From assembly GCA_002104905.1 (NCBI GenBank), contig MCFE01000128.1, positions 62,001 through 126,000 on the forward strand: 64,000 nucleotides of DNA. Reading direction: 5' to 3'. This stretch comes from Basidiobolus meristosporus CBS 931.73. Taxonomy: Eukaryota; Fungi; Basidiobolomycota. The stretch's first letter is position 1. Every line of letters starts with the position of its first letter. The notes beneath the pieces were generated by a model. It saw nothing but the letters and a program-made list of their open reading frames with translations, ran no database searches and had not been told where the DNA came from. The translations under genes were made by a program, and so were the position numbers. This document shows positions 48,150-61,121 of this stretch, in pieces.

Positions 48150-50090
48150 GGGACCAAATTATTTCTTGTAGGGGAAAGCAGTATATTTGCTCCAAAGAAG
48201 GAACTCAAGTAGCTCAATGTCACAGCCAACAGTTGGGCCATTTCCTAATGGAACAGCAGAGGAACACCATACAGTCTTTGAAGCACAACAACAGTGCCCA
48301 AAAATAAAGCCCACAGAAAAACCTATCAGAGCATGAGAGGGAGAAGCTGTAGTATTTCTACCAAGGCCCAAAAATCAAAAGACATTGAAGATCTATGAAG
48401 CCATAGTGTGCAATGATCAAGTGTGGGTTAATATCCAAGTGGTCATAAAAAGTCTAATATGCCACCACCATAAGGCCAGCATATCATAGGACCATTAGGA
48501 ATTCAAAGCAAAGCAGAATGTGCTTGACTTGCTCCATGGGCATTATCCTGGATTCAGACAAGTAAACAGATTTTGGGCCAGCATTGGTATGCTGGGAAGG
48601 TATCTCAAGAATGGTAGAAACTGTCAAAGGTAAAAGAACAAGCGTGCAATGGCTAAAACCAGTGGCTTCCTCAAGAGTCCATCACAAGCAGAGCCAAATG
48701 CTCCAAACAAGCATCAAAGAGACATCAGGTAACTGGAAGAATGCCAATAAAGGGCAGGCAGACACATATGCACCAGCACAATATTTATCAAGGAGAAAGT
48801 GTAGATCCACTCAAGAAGCACTTAGTCAAAGTAGTAGTGAAGGGCCTGGAAGAAATGGAAACCAGAAGCTACCTCAGGAGCCTGCCACAGCTTGGGCTGA
48901 GAGCTCAAAACAAGTGGGAAAGTTGTACCAGGTTGCCTGTACAGTCCCAGCAAGGGACAATCAGGCCAAAACAGATGCATCCAAGCATCATTTATCAAGG
49001 AAAAAGCATAGTTCCACTCATGAAACACTGAAGCAAATTAGCTGTGAAAGACCTTGCAGTGATGAAGGAAAAGGTGAAGGGATAAGGGCTACCTATGCCA
49101 GAGGCAAGGAAATATGAGAAAAAGCTGCAGTTTTCTACAATTGATACTGTAAGCCCAGAACAGACTAAATTCCATCATAGCCAAGAAGAATTATCAACAA
49201 GAAAACATCTGCTTTCACAAGAGATGGAAGCATGGCCAGCTGAGCTATACTCCAGTGTGGTAGATGAGCTTGCAGAGAAAGGCAACTTGTCTACCACTCT
49301 CTCCATGTCATCCATTGTAGACAGAGTGGTAATCCCACCAACAGACAAAGCAACAATGTTAAGAACTCAAAGGACTACCACAATGCTAATAGTGGAATTT
49401 TGGAACATTAATAAGCACATCAAGAGGTTGCAGCACTTCTTCAAGAGCAGTGCTCCAGGAAATGCACTTCAATATTGCAAGGATTTACTGCAAAGACTGG
49501 CAGATGAGGTGCTTAACCTTCCAGTAATGGCTAATAGCCAGGACATATGGGAACCACTGAATGAACAGTGGCATAAAGCCATAGGGTTCCTGTCAAAGTC
49601 ATGGAAACCGAGTATTACAGCAGTAATACTTATTGGGTGGTGGGTTTTCATGGAGTTACTTGTTGAGTATGAGGTTGGACTTAATGTTAGCATAGGGTAT
49701 AGGGACTTGTATAGATCAATACAACTTGCAATTGGGATACAACTTAAGTTTCAAAGGAAATAAATTGATGTGTATGTGTGAAAAGTCAGAGAAATGGTTG
49801 AGTCATGAAGTAAGGAGTGTGAAAAGGAGGTAATAGCCAATCAATGTACGCAAACATAGGAGGTGATAGAGTGTTTGTGATCAGTAAGTGAGAGAATTTT
49901 CAGAGAACCAATCAAAAGCCACTTATGTATTGTTGTAATGAAAGATTTAACTAAGTTATTTGTGAAATCTGGGGTGCATTTATTTTTTGACAGACTTTGC
50001 ACAGTTTCTCAACCGGTTCAATACTGCTTAGTTGAGGGACTTTAGTTTTGTGACGGCCTTTTGATAGAATCATTACAATAATTTTTCAGA
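48150..50090 (+). pseudogene. Unidentified companion ORF copy with the longest open C-terminal part (49095-49763) plus 3' flank
   Basis: 222-aa ORF ELAEKGNLSTT...EFWNINKHIKRLQHFF...DLYRSIQLAIGIQLKFQRK; homologs at four other sites in the window. Confidence 0.65.
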
Positions 50091-50129
50091 TGGTGTGTTA
50101 TGGAGTAAGTCCCCTGGATCTCATGCATT

Positions 50130-51278
50130 AGACAGCAATAACATTCAATGTGCCCAGAAAAGCTAGCTCTATTGCTGATGGCAGGGGTATCTCCAATATT
50201 GATAATGTTGTAAGAGTCTTGGAGATAATGGAAGTGATTGGGAGAACAAGTAGATTATGTGGTTTTCACTTAATGATTTATTGAATGCAAAAGTAATATT
50301 TATACTTTTACCTGATCTTGGCATTACAAACACATAGAATAGGTTAAGGAAGGTCCCAAGAACATGTGTGCAAAGTTTGGGGCTGTTTGGACAACTTTGA
50401 GAATTTTCATGTTCTGGGTACCTGGTACTTTGGTGAAAATATTCTAAGTAAATCCCAACAAGGAATTTGGTCAGTATTCTCTAGGAGTTGAAGGTAATGA
50501 TCTAAGTGACTAAGTTAGGTGAATATTTAGGTGGAAATACAAATTTTTACAACAGATAATATTAAGTGCTTTGATATGATGGCCATTTTGTAGTAGCATA
50601 GTAATAGTATGTGTTAGTTATGGGCTAAGTTCCATGGATATCACACATTAGAAAGTAATACCATTCAATGCAACCTGTAAAGCTGGCTATATTGCTGATG
50701 GCTAGGGTATCTCAAATATGGTATAATATGTGCTTTGATATGATGACCATTTAGTAGTATTCTGCTGGAAGGCATACAAAACACATCCAGCAATGGATGC
50801 AGGTAGCTTTCCAGGTGGGGCAGTGATTTAGGACCAGGTACCAGTGGGACTACCATCAGATTTCTGCACTGATACTGTAAGATAGGCAGCAGATTCAGGT
50901 TGATGAGAATCATTGGCCAGCAGGAATGTCTGATTGAGTACTTATTTAATGGGAATCCATCAAGTGCTACAGCAAAGGCATGGTCATACATACCTTCAAA
51001 GTAGCGCTTGGTTCTTAGTTGTTTGTAATGTTTGCCATTGAATATATCTGAATTCTGCTTAACTGATACTGAGTGTGGTACTTTATAGCCTTACAATATT
51101 TATTGGACTGCACAAGCTTGTTTAAATGGGCTACTACTGCCATCTATCTGGAGTATGAACAGTTTTTCCCTCCTATAGTGGTGGAGTCCTGACAAGTTGG
51201 ACATCTTGTATTGGAGAGATTTTCTGATGTGAGTGCTATGCAACTGTTAGCACATGCTGGTATCAGGATAGTCTCTGG
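50130..51278 (-). pseudogene. CACTA-type transposase fragments split by a solo copia LTR
   Basis: ORF 50665-50991 (YDHAFAVALDGF..WPMILINLNL..LVPGPK..LHPLLD); the GDTP region appears on both sides of the LTR. Confidence 0.7.
50206..50554 (-). mobile_element. Solo LTR of copia family 1 (349 bp)
   Basis: TGTTG...CAACA; TSD GATAA at 50201-50205 and 50555-50559. Confidence 0.93.
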
Positions 51279-53332
51279 TGTTTTAGAAATTTGTAATTGC
51301 ACCTAAATACTCACGCAACTTAGTCACTTAGATCATTACCTTCAAATCCTAGGGAATACTGACCAAAATCCTTGTTGGGACTTACTTAGAAGATTTTCAC
51401 CAAAATATCAGATACTCAGAACATGAAAGTTCTCAAAGTTATTCAAACAGCCCCAATCTTTGCCCACAAGTACTTGGGAGCTTTCTAAGTCTATTCTATG
51501 TGTTTTTATGCCAAGACCTTGTAAAAGTAAAAATACTACTTTATGTTCAATAAATAATTAAGTGAAAACCACATGATCTACTTGTTCTCCCAATCACTTC
51601 CAATATCTCCAAGACTCTTACAACAGGCTATGAGCCCCAAGATGTTACTCCTTGTCATGTCTACAACTGCTATTACTGGAATTTTTCCCTCTACTGAAAA
51701 GTTGTATGGATTCAACTACCAAGTGTGAATGGTGAACATGAAGATGCTGCTACAAGATAGAGGCCTTTGGGATATAGTCATGGGAGAAGAATGCCCTCTT
51801 AAAAACATGGGAGAGGAATTCTTAAAGTAGCAGAAGAAAGAACAAAGTGCCTCTAACTGCATTTGCCTTATTGTCAGTCAAATTGCTAAATCAATGCTCA
51901 AGTGCAAAACAGCAAAGAATGCCTGGAAAGCATTAGAAGACACCTACTAGTCATGTTGGCTGCCCAGAAAATGTATCTTAGACTAAACATCTTTACTACA
52001 AAGATGCTGCCTGGAGAAGAAATGCAAATTTGATCAACAGAATTACTCTGCTGGTAGAAGTGATCAAATCTGTGGGGGTACCAACTACTGATGAGGATAC
52101 AGTAGTGATCTTCTAGAATAGCCTGAAAGATGATTCTCAGGGCCTTGTATAGGCCCTAGAGTCCAGAACTGAAGATTTGACCTTAAATTACATATATGGA
52201 AGGCTCCTGGATCAAGAATTACAAAAATTAAGTGCCAATAAGAAGGAAGAAGAAAATGCTTTGATAAGCAATGATACCAACAAAGAAGATACCCAAGACC
52301 TTTTAAGGCAATAGCAACCAGATTTGCAACTACTGCAAAAGGAAGGGACACACATCTGGCCAGTGCTTTAAAAAGAAAGATAGTCTGCATAAAAAGTCAG
52401 AATATGGAAACGTTACAACAACTTAAGATTGACTATTCCTATCTGCACTAAATATGGTCACAAATAAGTATTCTTGGACGTGGTATATGGACTGTGGAGC
52501 ATCTCAACACTTTACACACCAAAAAGAACTTTTTACCCAATATCAAGAAATTCCCATTAAGAAGGTTTTCATGGGTGATGATAGAACACTTGATGCAGTG
52601 GGAGAAGGACCTATCCAAGTCAACCTAAGAAGCAGTGAAGGAAGCCATAAACTGACCTTTGAAGAAGAACTCTATGTACCAGAAATAGCCAAAAACCTAC
52701 TATCTGTCAGCAAGGTCACTGCAGAAGGACTCAGTTTCAGCTTTGACAATTCTGGATGCAGGATCACTGATCAAAATGGTACTCACATTGCTCTGGGTAA
52801 GCACATAGATATTAGACATTATTTCATATGTGAAGCTATAGAGAATAACTTTGTTAGCTTAGTTTACTGTCCTACAGATAAAATGATTGCAGACATATTT
52901 ACCAAACCATTAGCTAAAGACAAGTTTGAATATCTCAGGTCAAAATTAGGGCTAGTCAGTATGAACATTTAGCTGAGTGGGAGTGTTGTAAAAATTTGTA
53001 TTTCCACCTAAATATTTACCTAACTTAGTCACTTAGATCATTACCTTCATATCCTAGAAAATACTGGCCAAACTCCTTGTTGGCATTTGCTTAGAATATT
53101 TTCACCAAAATACCTGGTACCCAGAACATGAAAATTCTCAAAGTTGTCCAAACAGGCCCACACTTTGCACACATGTTCTTGGGACCTTCCTTAACCTATT
53201 CTACATGTTTTTAATGCCAAGACCAGGTAAAAGTATAAGTACTACTTTTACATTCAATAAATCATTAAGTGAAAACCACATAATCTACTTGTTCTCCCAA
53301 TCACTTCCAATATCTCCAAGACTCTTACAACA
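51279..53332 (+). mobile_element. Internally deleted, probably recombinant copia-1 element (LTRs 51279-51625 and 52984-53332)
   Basis: PBS ggctatgagcccc; gag-PR fused directly to the RNase H tail (HIALG|KHIDIRH) near 52797; flanks TCTGG and AGAAA do not match. Confidence 0.85.
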
Positions 53333-55100
53333 AGAAACACCTCCCACAGCATGGGAGGGAAAGACTGTGATCTTTATACCCAAGCCTATAAATCTCAAGA
53401 CATTGAAGTTCTATGAAGCTATTTAGTGCAATGATGAAGAGTGGGCTAATATTCAAGAAGCTCTAAGAAGTCAAGCATGGCATCACCTCAAGGCTGTCAT
53501 ACTATGGGACTGTCAGGAACTCAAGGCCAAGCAGAATATGCTTGACCTGCTCCATGAGCATTATCCTGAGCTCAAGCAAGCAAATGGATTTTGGGGCAGT
53601 ATTGGTATTCTAAGAAAGTATCTGAGGAATATCAGAAACTACCAAAGGTAGAAGAACAAGGGTGCCACAGCCAAAAACCAGCAGCTTCCTCAAGAACTCA
53701 TCATAAGCAGGGCTGAAAACTTTAAACATGCAGCAAAGAAATGTCAGGTAGCCAGAAGAGTGCCAGAATGGGACAAGCAGGCAGAAACAGATGCATCAAT
53801 GCAGCATTCATCAAGGAGAAAATGTAGTTCAATACAAGAAGCACTCAGTCACAGTAGTAGTGAAGGACTTGACAGTGCTAAAAAATCATAGCTTTCTCAG
53901 GGACCTGTCACAAGCAGGGCTAAAAGTTCCAAACAAGCAGCAAAGAAATCTCAAGTGGCCAGGGGAGTGCCAGCAAGGGACAAGCGGGCAAAACAGATAC
54001 ACCAGTGCATCATCCATCAAGGAGACAACAAAGTACAATACAAGATGCATGCAGTCAAAGTAGTAGTGAAAGACTTGGCAGTGATATAGTAAAGGCAAAG
54101 TAAAAAAAGTCTACCCAAGCCAGTGACAGGGAAGCATGAGAAAAAACCTGCAGTTCTCACCAATTAATGTTGCCAGTCCAGAACAGGCTGAATCCCATAA
54201 TAACCAAAAAGAATTACCAATACAAAAGCAGCTGTTCTTTCAAGAGTTGGAAGTATAGCCTATTAAGACGCACTCCAGAGAGGTAGAGGAGTTTGCCAAG
54301 AAAGCAACTTGTCTACCACTCCCTCCATGTCATCCATTGTAGACAGAGTGGAGATCCCACTGACATACAATGCAACAAGGTCAAGAACTCAATGGGCTAT
54401 CACAATGCCAGCTGTGGAATCTGGAACATTATAAGGCACACCAAGATGTTGCAGTACTTCTTTAAGAGAAGTGCTCAAGCAAACACACTTAAATACTGCA
54501 AGGATCTATTGCAAAGGCTGGCAGAACAGGTGCTAGACCTTGCAGTGCTGGCTGAAGATCAGGACATATGGGAACCAGTGAATGAACAGTGGCATAAAGT
54601 CACGGGGGTCCTGCCAAGGTCATGGACAAAGGGTGTTACAGCAGAAACATTTATTGAGTGGTGGATCTTAATGAAATCACTTTTTGAGTGTGGGGTTGGG
54701 CTTAATGCAAGTGTACAGTATAGGGACTTGTATAGGTCAATATAATTGGAAATTGAGGTATAACTGAAGCTTCAACAAAATAATTCAATTTGTACACATG
54801 AAAAGTAAGAGAATCAGTGAGTCAGGAAGTAAGGGGTGCAAAAATGAGGCAATAGCCAACCAATGGACACAAAGGTAAGAGGTGATTGAGTCTCTGGGAT
54901 CAGAAACTGAGAAAATTAGTAGAGAATCAATTAAAAGCCACTTTTACATTGTTGTGATGAAATGTTTTGACCAAGTTTTTTGTGAAATCAGGAATGCAAT
55001 TATTTTTCAACAGTCTTTGCATGGTGTCCTGATGGGACCAATACCTGTTAGTCACAGGATTTTAGTTTGTGATGGTCTTTTGATGGAATCACCACAATTA
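53333..55100 (+). pseudogene. Unidentified companion ORF copy (two repeat units) plus 3' flank
   Basis: ORF 54293-54745 and upstream pieces match 48330-50080. Confidence 0.65.
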
Positions 55101-55351
55101 TTTTTCATAGTGTATATTTGGCAGCCAACACTTCAAAACTTTGCAACAGTCCTGCCATATCAGTGTGAGGAGGGTCAAGAATCCCAAGCTGCTGGATTAC
55201 TACAGTCTTGTTGCAGGACTCTGACAGTTGATCTGGATTGGAATCACCTTCAAGATAAAATTCTTTTTCATAGGGCTGCAGATAAATCTTCAAGACAAGA
55301 TACAGAGCAACCCTTGTAGCCAAAGGATATAGTCAAACAAAAAGGCCAAAC

Positions 55352-58300
55352 TGTTGTAAGAGTCTTGGAGATATTGGAAGTGATTGGGAGAACTAGTAGA
55401 TTATGTGGTTTTCACTTAATGATTTATTGAATGTAAAAGTAGTATTTATACTTCTACCTGATCTTGGCATTACAAACACGTAGAATAGGCTAAGGAAGGT
55501 CCCAAGAACATGTGTGCAAAGTTTGGGGCTGTCTGGACAACTTTGAGAATTTTCATGTTTTGGGTAAATATTCTAAGTAAATCCCAACAAGGAATTTGGT
55601 CAGTATTCTCTAGGATTTGAGGGTAATGATCTAAGTGACTAAGTTAGGTGAGTATTTAGGTGGAATTGTGAATTTTTACAACACTCCCACTCAGCTAAAT
55701 GTTCATACTGACTAGTCCTAATTTTGACCTAAGATATTTAAACTTGTCTTTAGCTAATAGTTTGGAAACTTGTCTTTAGCTAATGGTTTGGTAAATATGT
55801 CTGCAATCATTTCATCTGCAGGACAGTAAACTAAGTTAACTAAGTTATTCTCTATAGCTTCACGTATGAAATGATGTCTAATATCTATGTGCTTGGTTCT
55901 AGCATGAAAAGTTGGATTTCTACCTAATTGTATACATCCTTGATTATCTTGAAATAAAGTAATAGGCGTTTTTTGACATAGGCCTAAATCTGTAAACAGC
56001 TTTCTTAACCACATTGCTTCTTTTGTAGCTTCACAGGCTGCCATATACTCTGCCTCTGTGGTGGAAAGTGCCATGGTTGGTTGCTTTCTTGAATTCCATG
56101 AAATTGCTCCTGTACAGTAAAGAAAGGTGTATCCTGTGGTGGATCTTCTGTCTTCTAAGTTTTGTCCCCAATCTGCATCAGAGTATCCCACAAGATCTTG
56201 TTCTGAGTCCTTATAAGTGTATCTTAAGCAGATATAGCAGTTCCTTTTAGGTATCTAAAAATCCGCTTAACTGCTGCAATATGATCAGATCCATAATTCT
56301 GATTATGTTGGCTGACAACTCCCACTGAATATGAGATATCTGGACGTGTTCCAAGCATGATATACATCAGACTGCCAACCATAGATTGATAAGGAAAGTC
56401 AGGGCTTTTCAGATGGCACCATGCTCTCTTGATTTGGTTGAGTTTTGACCAAGTTCAGGTTTGTCTCCATTGGGGTAGCTGCCAGTTTACAGTCTTCCAT
56501 TTGGTACTTCTTTAGTATATCTTGAATATACTTGGATTGACTTAGGGTGATAGTCTGGGTACTTTTGTCTATGGAGAACTTAATCCCTAAGTAGTAACTA
56601 GGTACTCCTAAATCAGACATCTTGAACTCCTTAGATAGGCTGGATTTAGTTTCTTCCAATGTTTCTAGGTTATTGGTGGCTATAATAAGATCATCCACAT
56701 ATAGAGCTAATAGAACTGGATTTGCTCTATCTGGCTTATAGTATATACTATAGTCAGCATTACTTCTTTTGAAACTCAAGGATTCCAAATAAGAATCTAT
56801 CTTGCAATTCCAGGCTCTCAGTGATTGTTTGAGACCATAGTGTGACTTTTTAAGCTTGCAGACCAAATGGGGGTTATCTTGGTCAACAAACCCATCAGGC
56901 TGATTCATATACTTGTCCTCATCAAGTTCTCCATTCAAAAATGCAGTTTTTACATCCATTTGATGAATAAAAAACTTATATTTTGCTGCAATAGCCAAAA
57001 TTAATATGATGGAATTAAACTTGGCTACCGGTGCAAAGGTCTTAGTATAGTCAAGTCCTTTTGTTTGAGATTATCCTTTGGCTACAAGTCTTGCTTTGTA
57101 TCTTTCAATTGTACCATCAGCTTTGTATTTTGTCTTGAAGACTCATCTGCATCCAATTGATTATTGGTTGATTGGAAATTTGACTAAGTCCCAATGTTTG
57201 ATTTTCCATCAGGGCCTGATATTCCTCAGTCATTGCAGATCTCCAAAACTCTGTCTGAGGGCTATTTAGGGCCTCTTTTACAGTCTGGGGCTCATCAACA
57301 TGGACTGAATAGGCATAGGCTAAGTTTGTACCCTCATTGATATAGTAATTTGGGCTATTTCTTGTCCAATTGGATCTCTGGGCATTTGATACTGGAATGA
57401 TCACTTCTGGGATATTCCTGGGCACTGATTCTGGCTGAACCACGGTTGGAGAGTCCTCTGGAGTGAAAAAATTTTCATTGTTTTGCTCTGATTCAATCCT
57501 GACAATTGGTGGACTTGAGATCAAATTTTTGTCATCATCCAATGTCATTTTTTGTGAAAATTTTGAATTTTCATCAAACAACACATCCCTGGACTTGATC
57601 AGCTTCTTTGCTTTGGTATTGTAGAGTCTGTATGCCTCACTCTCATTGCAGTAGCCCAAAAATATGCATTTTACACTTTTTGGCTCAAATTTCAACTGAT
57701 TTCCGGCCAGTTTTTTGGCATATGCTGTACACCCAAATATTCTTAGATGTTCTGCACTTGGTCTGTATCCATACCATGCTTCAAATGGAGTAGAATCACA
57801 AAGTATTCTGTTATAACTCCTATTTTTAAGATGTATAGCAGTGGCAACTGATTCCGCTGTAGTGGGGTGACAGTGACACCCACTGACAGATGTGCTCATT
57901 CCCTTATTTTCTACTTCCCTATATCTCTACTACACTTATTTTAGTTTTATCCCATTTGTCTTACCCAATCAGTACTATCCCATAAGCTGGTTGACTATCA
58001 CACCTGCTTGCCTTATTGCATAAGTTACCCCTCACTTTATGTAAGATTACTGGCTATAAGTGCTTCTATATTAGGCAAGAACCCGCGTCAGTACCCGTGA
58101 CACATGATCAACCCGTGCTATCATCCCTACCATTTTCATACCATATATGGTATCCCCATGTTACACAGGTTTCAGAATACTGATTCCTGATTGGTTGGAT
58201 GTGCTGTGCCTCTTGTAACCTTCCGGCACCTACTTAGAACATTCTTAGGTCATTCTGATGTCATTAACATTTCTGTTGATATCCGGAACCTTCTGGAACA

Positions 58301-61121
58301 CCATGATTAGTAATCACTTAGCCAGTAAGAAAAGTATATAAGGGAGACTATCCCTCAACAATAAATCATCATCCCTTTTATCAATATACCAACTTGTTGA
58401 TTAGTGTGATCACTGCTACCTGCTGCTACCTGAACTTCCAACCCCAGACCATAGGACACTCCCAGGAAACCGCGCTGACAGCCAACTGACCTTGGAGGCA
58501 CTACTTGTGAGGAATACTCAGAGTAGGTATCTTTTATTATATTTTATTCTTTCCCAAGTTTGTTCTTGTACAGGCAAAGATACTTTTCTGTCTTTGTAAC
58601 TATTGACCACAGCTGCATTCTTATCAAGTCCCTGCTGGTGGAGTTTACAGTTGTTTTGACTTTGGAAGCTTTAGTACATTGTCATCTCAAAGGACGCTGA
58701 ACCCAGCTCATACTTTTGTTAAGATGCCAACTAAGTTGGGGATTGTAGCTCAATAGTTTTCCCTTGACAAGCTTGTGGCTTTATTCCCCTTCACATTAGA
58801 TTAGAGACAGAACCCAGGTATTCCTAGCAAGCTTTTGCCAGAGGTTATCGCACCCAGTGAACACCCCACACACAAAACACTTGAGAAGTGTTGGACGTAT
58901 CTCTCCCTTGGACCTATACACCACCACACCGCCCAAAAATCATGGGATAATTTTTGATCATGGATCATAGATCTTGCCATATCAATTATTGATCTGTTAG
59001 CTTGTTCTGCTACTCCATTTTGCTGTGGGGAGTATGGTACAGTAGTCTCTTGCTTTATCCCATGAATTTTGCAGAAGTGGATGAAGAGTTTTGAGGTATA
59101 TTCTCCACCATTGTCAGAGCGTATTTTCTTGATTTTTTCACCAGTTTCTCTCTCCACCATGGCTTTAAACTCCCTGAACTTAGACAGAGCTTCTTCCTTT
59201 CTCTCCATGAAGTAGACCCATGTGTATCTTGTATAATCATCAATAAAAGTGATTAAATAATTCATCCCACCTAAGGATAAATTTTGCATAGGTCCACACA
59301 GATCTGAGTGAATTAGATCTAATTTTTTCTTAGTTTTGATTAACCCAGAGCTCTTGAACAGTTGTCTGGCTTGTTTCCCATATATGCAGGCTTCACAGTG
59401 CTCCAAATTAGCTGGGGGATCAATTTTCACTCCAGAAATTAGCTGATCTTTGATCATTTTGATCAAATAATCAGAATTGATGTGTCCAAATCTCCTGTGC
59501 CAAAGCATTGGTGTTTCTTCATTTAAGTTACTTATATTGGCTTCCAAATATGATGGAATATTAGTCAACCTGTATAGATTCTGATCTCTGATGCCCAAAG
59601 CAATATGGGCACCATTTTGATCAGTCATCCTGCATCCAGAATTGTCAAAACTGAAACTGAGTCCTTCCGCTGTGGCCTTGCTTACAGAGAGTAGGTTCTT
59701 GGCTATTTCTGGTACATAGAGTACTTCTTTAAAGGTCAGTGTATGGCTTCCTGCATTGCTTCTAAGGTTTACTTGGATAGTTCCTTCTCCCACTGCATCA
59801 AGTGTTCTATTGTCACCCATGAAAACCTTCTTAATTGGAATTTCTTGATATTGGGTAAAAAGTTCTTTTTGGTGTGTAAAGTGTTGAGAAGCTCCAGAGT
59901 CAATATACCACGTCTGAGAATCCTTGTTTGTGGTCATATTTAGTGCAGATATGAATAGTCTATCTTCAGTTGTTGCAGCATTTCCATATTCAGGCTTCTT
60001 TTGCTGATTATCTTTCTTTTTGAGACACCGGTCTGATGTGTGTCCTTTCCTTTTGCAGTAGTTGCAAAATAGGTTGCTGTTGCCTTTGTAGGGTCTTGGG
60101 TACCTCCTTTGTTGGTTATCATTGCTTATTAAAGCATTTTCTTCTTCCTTCTTATGGGCACTTGATTTTCTTAATTCTTCATCCAGGAGCCTTCCATATA
60201 TGTAATTTAAGGTCAAATCTTCAGTTCTGGACTCTAGGGCTGATACAAGGCCCTGAAACTTGTCTGTCAGGCTATTCAGGATGGTAACTATCACATCCTC
60301 ATTAGTAGTTGGTACGCCCACAGATTCCATCTCATCTACCAGCAGGGTAATTCTGTTAATTAGATTTTTCATTTCTTCTCCTGGTAGCATCTTTGTAGTA
60401 AAGAATTTTTGTCTCAGATACATTTTCTTGGCAGCTGAACATGACTGGTAGGTGTCTTCTAATGCTTTCCAGGCATTCTTTGCTGTTTTTGCTCTTGAGC
60501 ATTGAATTAGCAATTTGTCCTTGACATTAAGGCAAATGTAGTTAAAGGCACTTTGTTCTTTCTTCTGGTACTTTAATGCTTCCTCTCCCGTGTTTTTAGG
60601 AGGGCATTCTTCTCCTATGACAATATCCCAAAGGCCTCTTTCTTGTAGCAGCATCTTCATCTTCACCTTCCACACTTGGTAATTAGATCCATCCAACTTC
60701 TCAGCAGAGGGAAAAATTCCAGTAATAGCAGTAGTAGACATTGCAGAGAGTGACAGCTTGGGGCTCATAACCTGTTGTAAGAGTCTTGGAGATATTGGAA
60801 ATGATTGGGAGAACAAGTAGATTATGTGGTTTTCACTTAATGATTTATTGAATATAAAAGTAGTATTTATACTTCTACCTAATCTTGGCATTACAAACAC
60901 GTAGAATAGGTTAAGGAAGGTCCCAAGAACATGTGTGCAAAGTTTGGGGCTGTTTGGACAACTTTGAGAATTTTCATGTTGTGGGTACCTGGTATTTTGG
61001 TGAAAATATTCTAAGTAAATCCCGACAAGGAATTTGGTCAGTATTCTCTAGGATTTGAAGGTAATGATCTAAGTGACTAAGTTAGGTAAGTATTTAGGTG
61101 GAATTACAAATTTTTACAACA
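55352..61121 (-). mobile_element. Full-length Ty1/copia family 1 (copy B), disrupted by a 4-bp-TSD insert and small indels
   Basis: 5' LTR 60773-61121; 3' LTR 55352-55683 (17-bp deletion); PBS 60761-60772; PPT 55684-55693; TSD CAAAC at 55347-55351 and 61122-61126. Confidence 0.95.
57858..58928 (+). mobile_element. Solo-LTR-like insert (1071 bp) of the 4-bp-TSD family inside the copia B integrase
   Basis: TGTAGTGG...CCACCACA; CCGC at 57854-57857 and 58929-58932. The empty site is seen in copy A (tgggcggaatc near 5652). Confidence 0.92.

Noticed and set aside
43350-48150. CACTA/CACTG terminal inverted repeats for the En-Spm-like element
   Set aside because: No paired termini with a TSD could be found by eye; element ends remain undefined.
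49095-49763. Accessory ORF as a retroviral env-like gene
   Set aside because: It is linked to the CACTA-type transposase rather than to an LTR element, and I see no signal peptide, furin site or clear membrane anchor.
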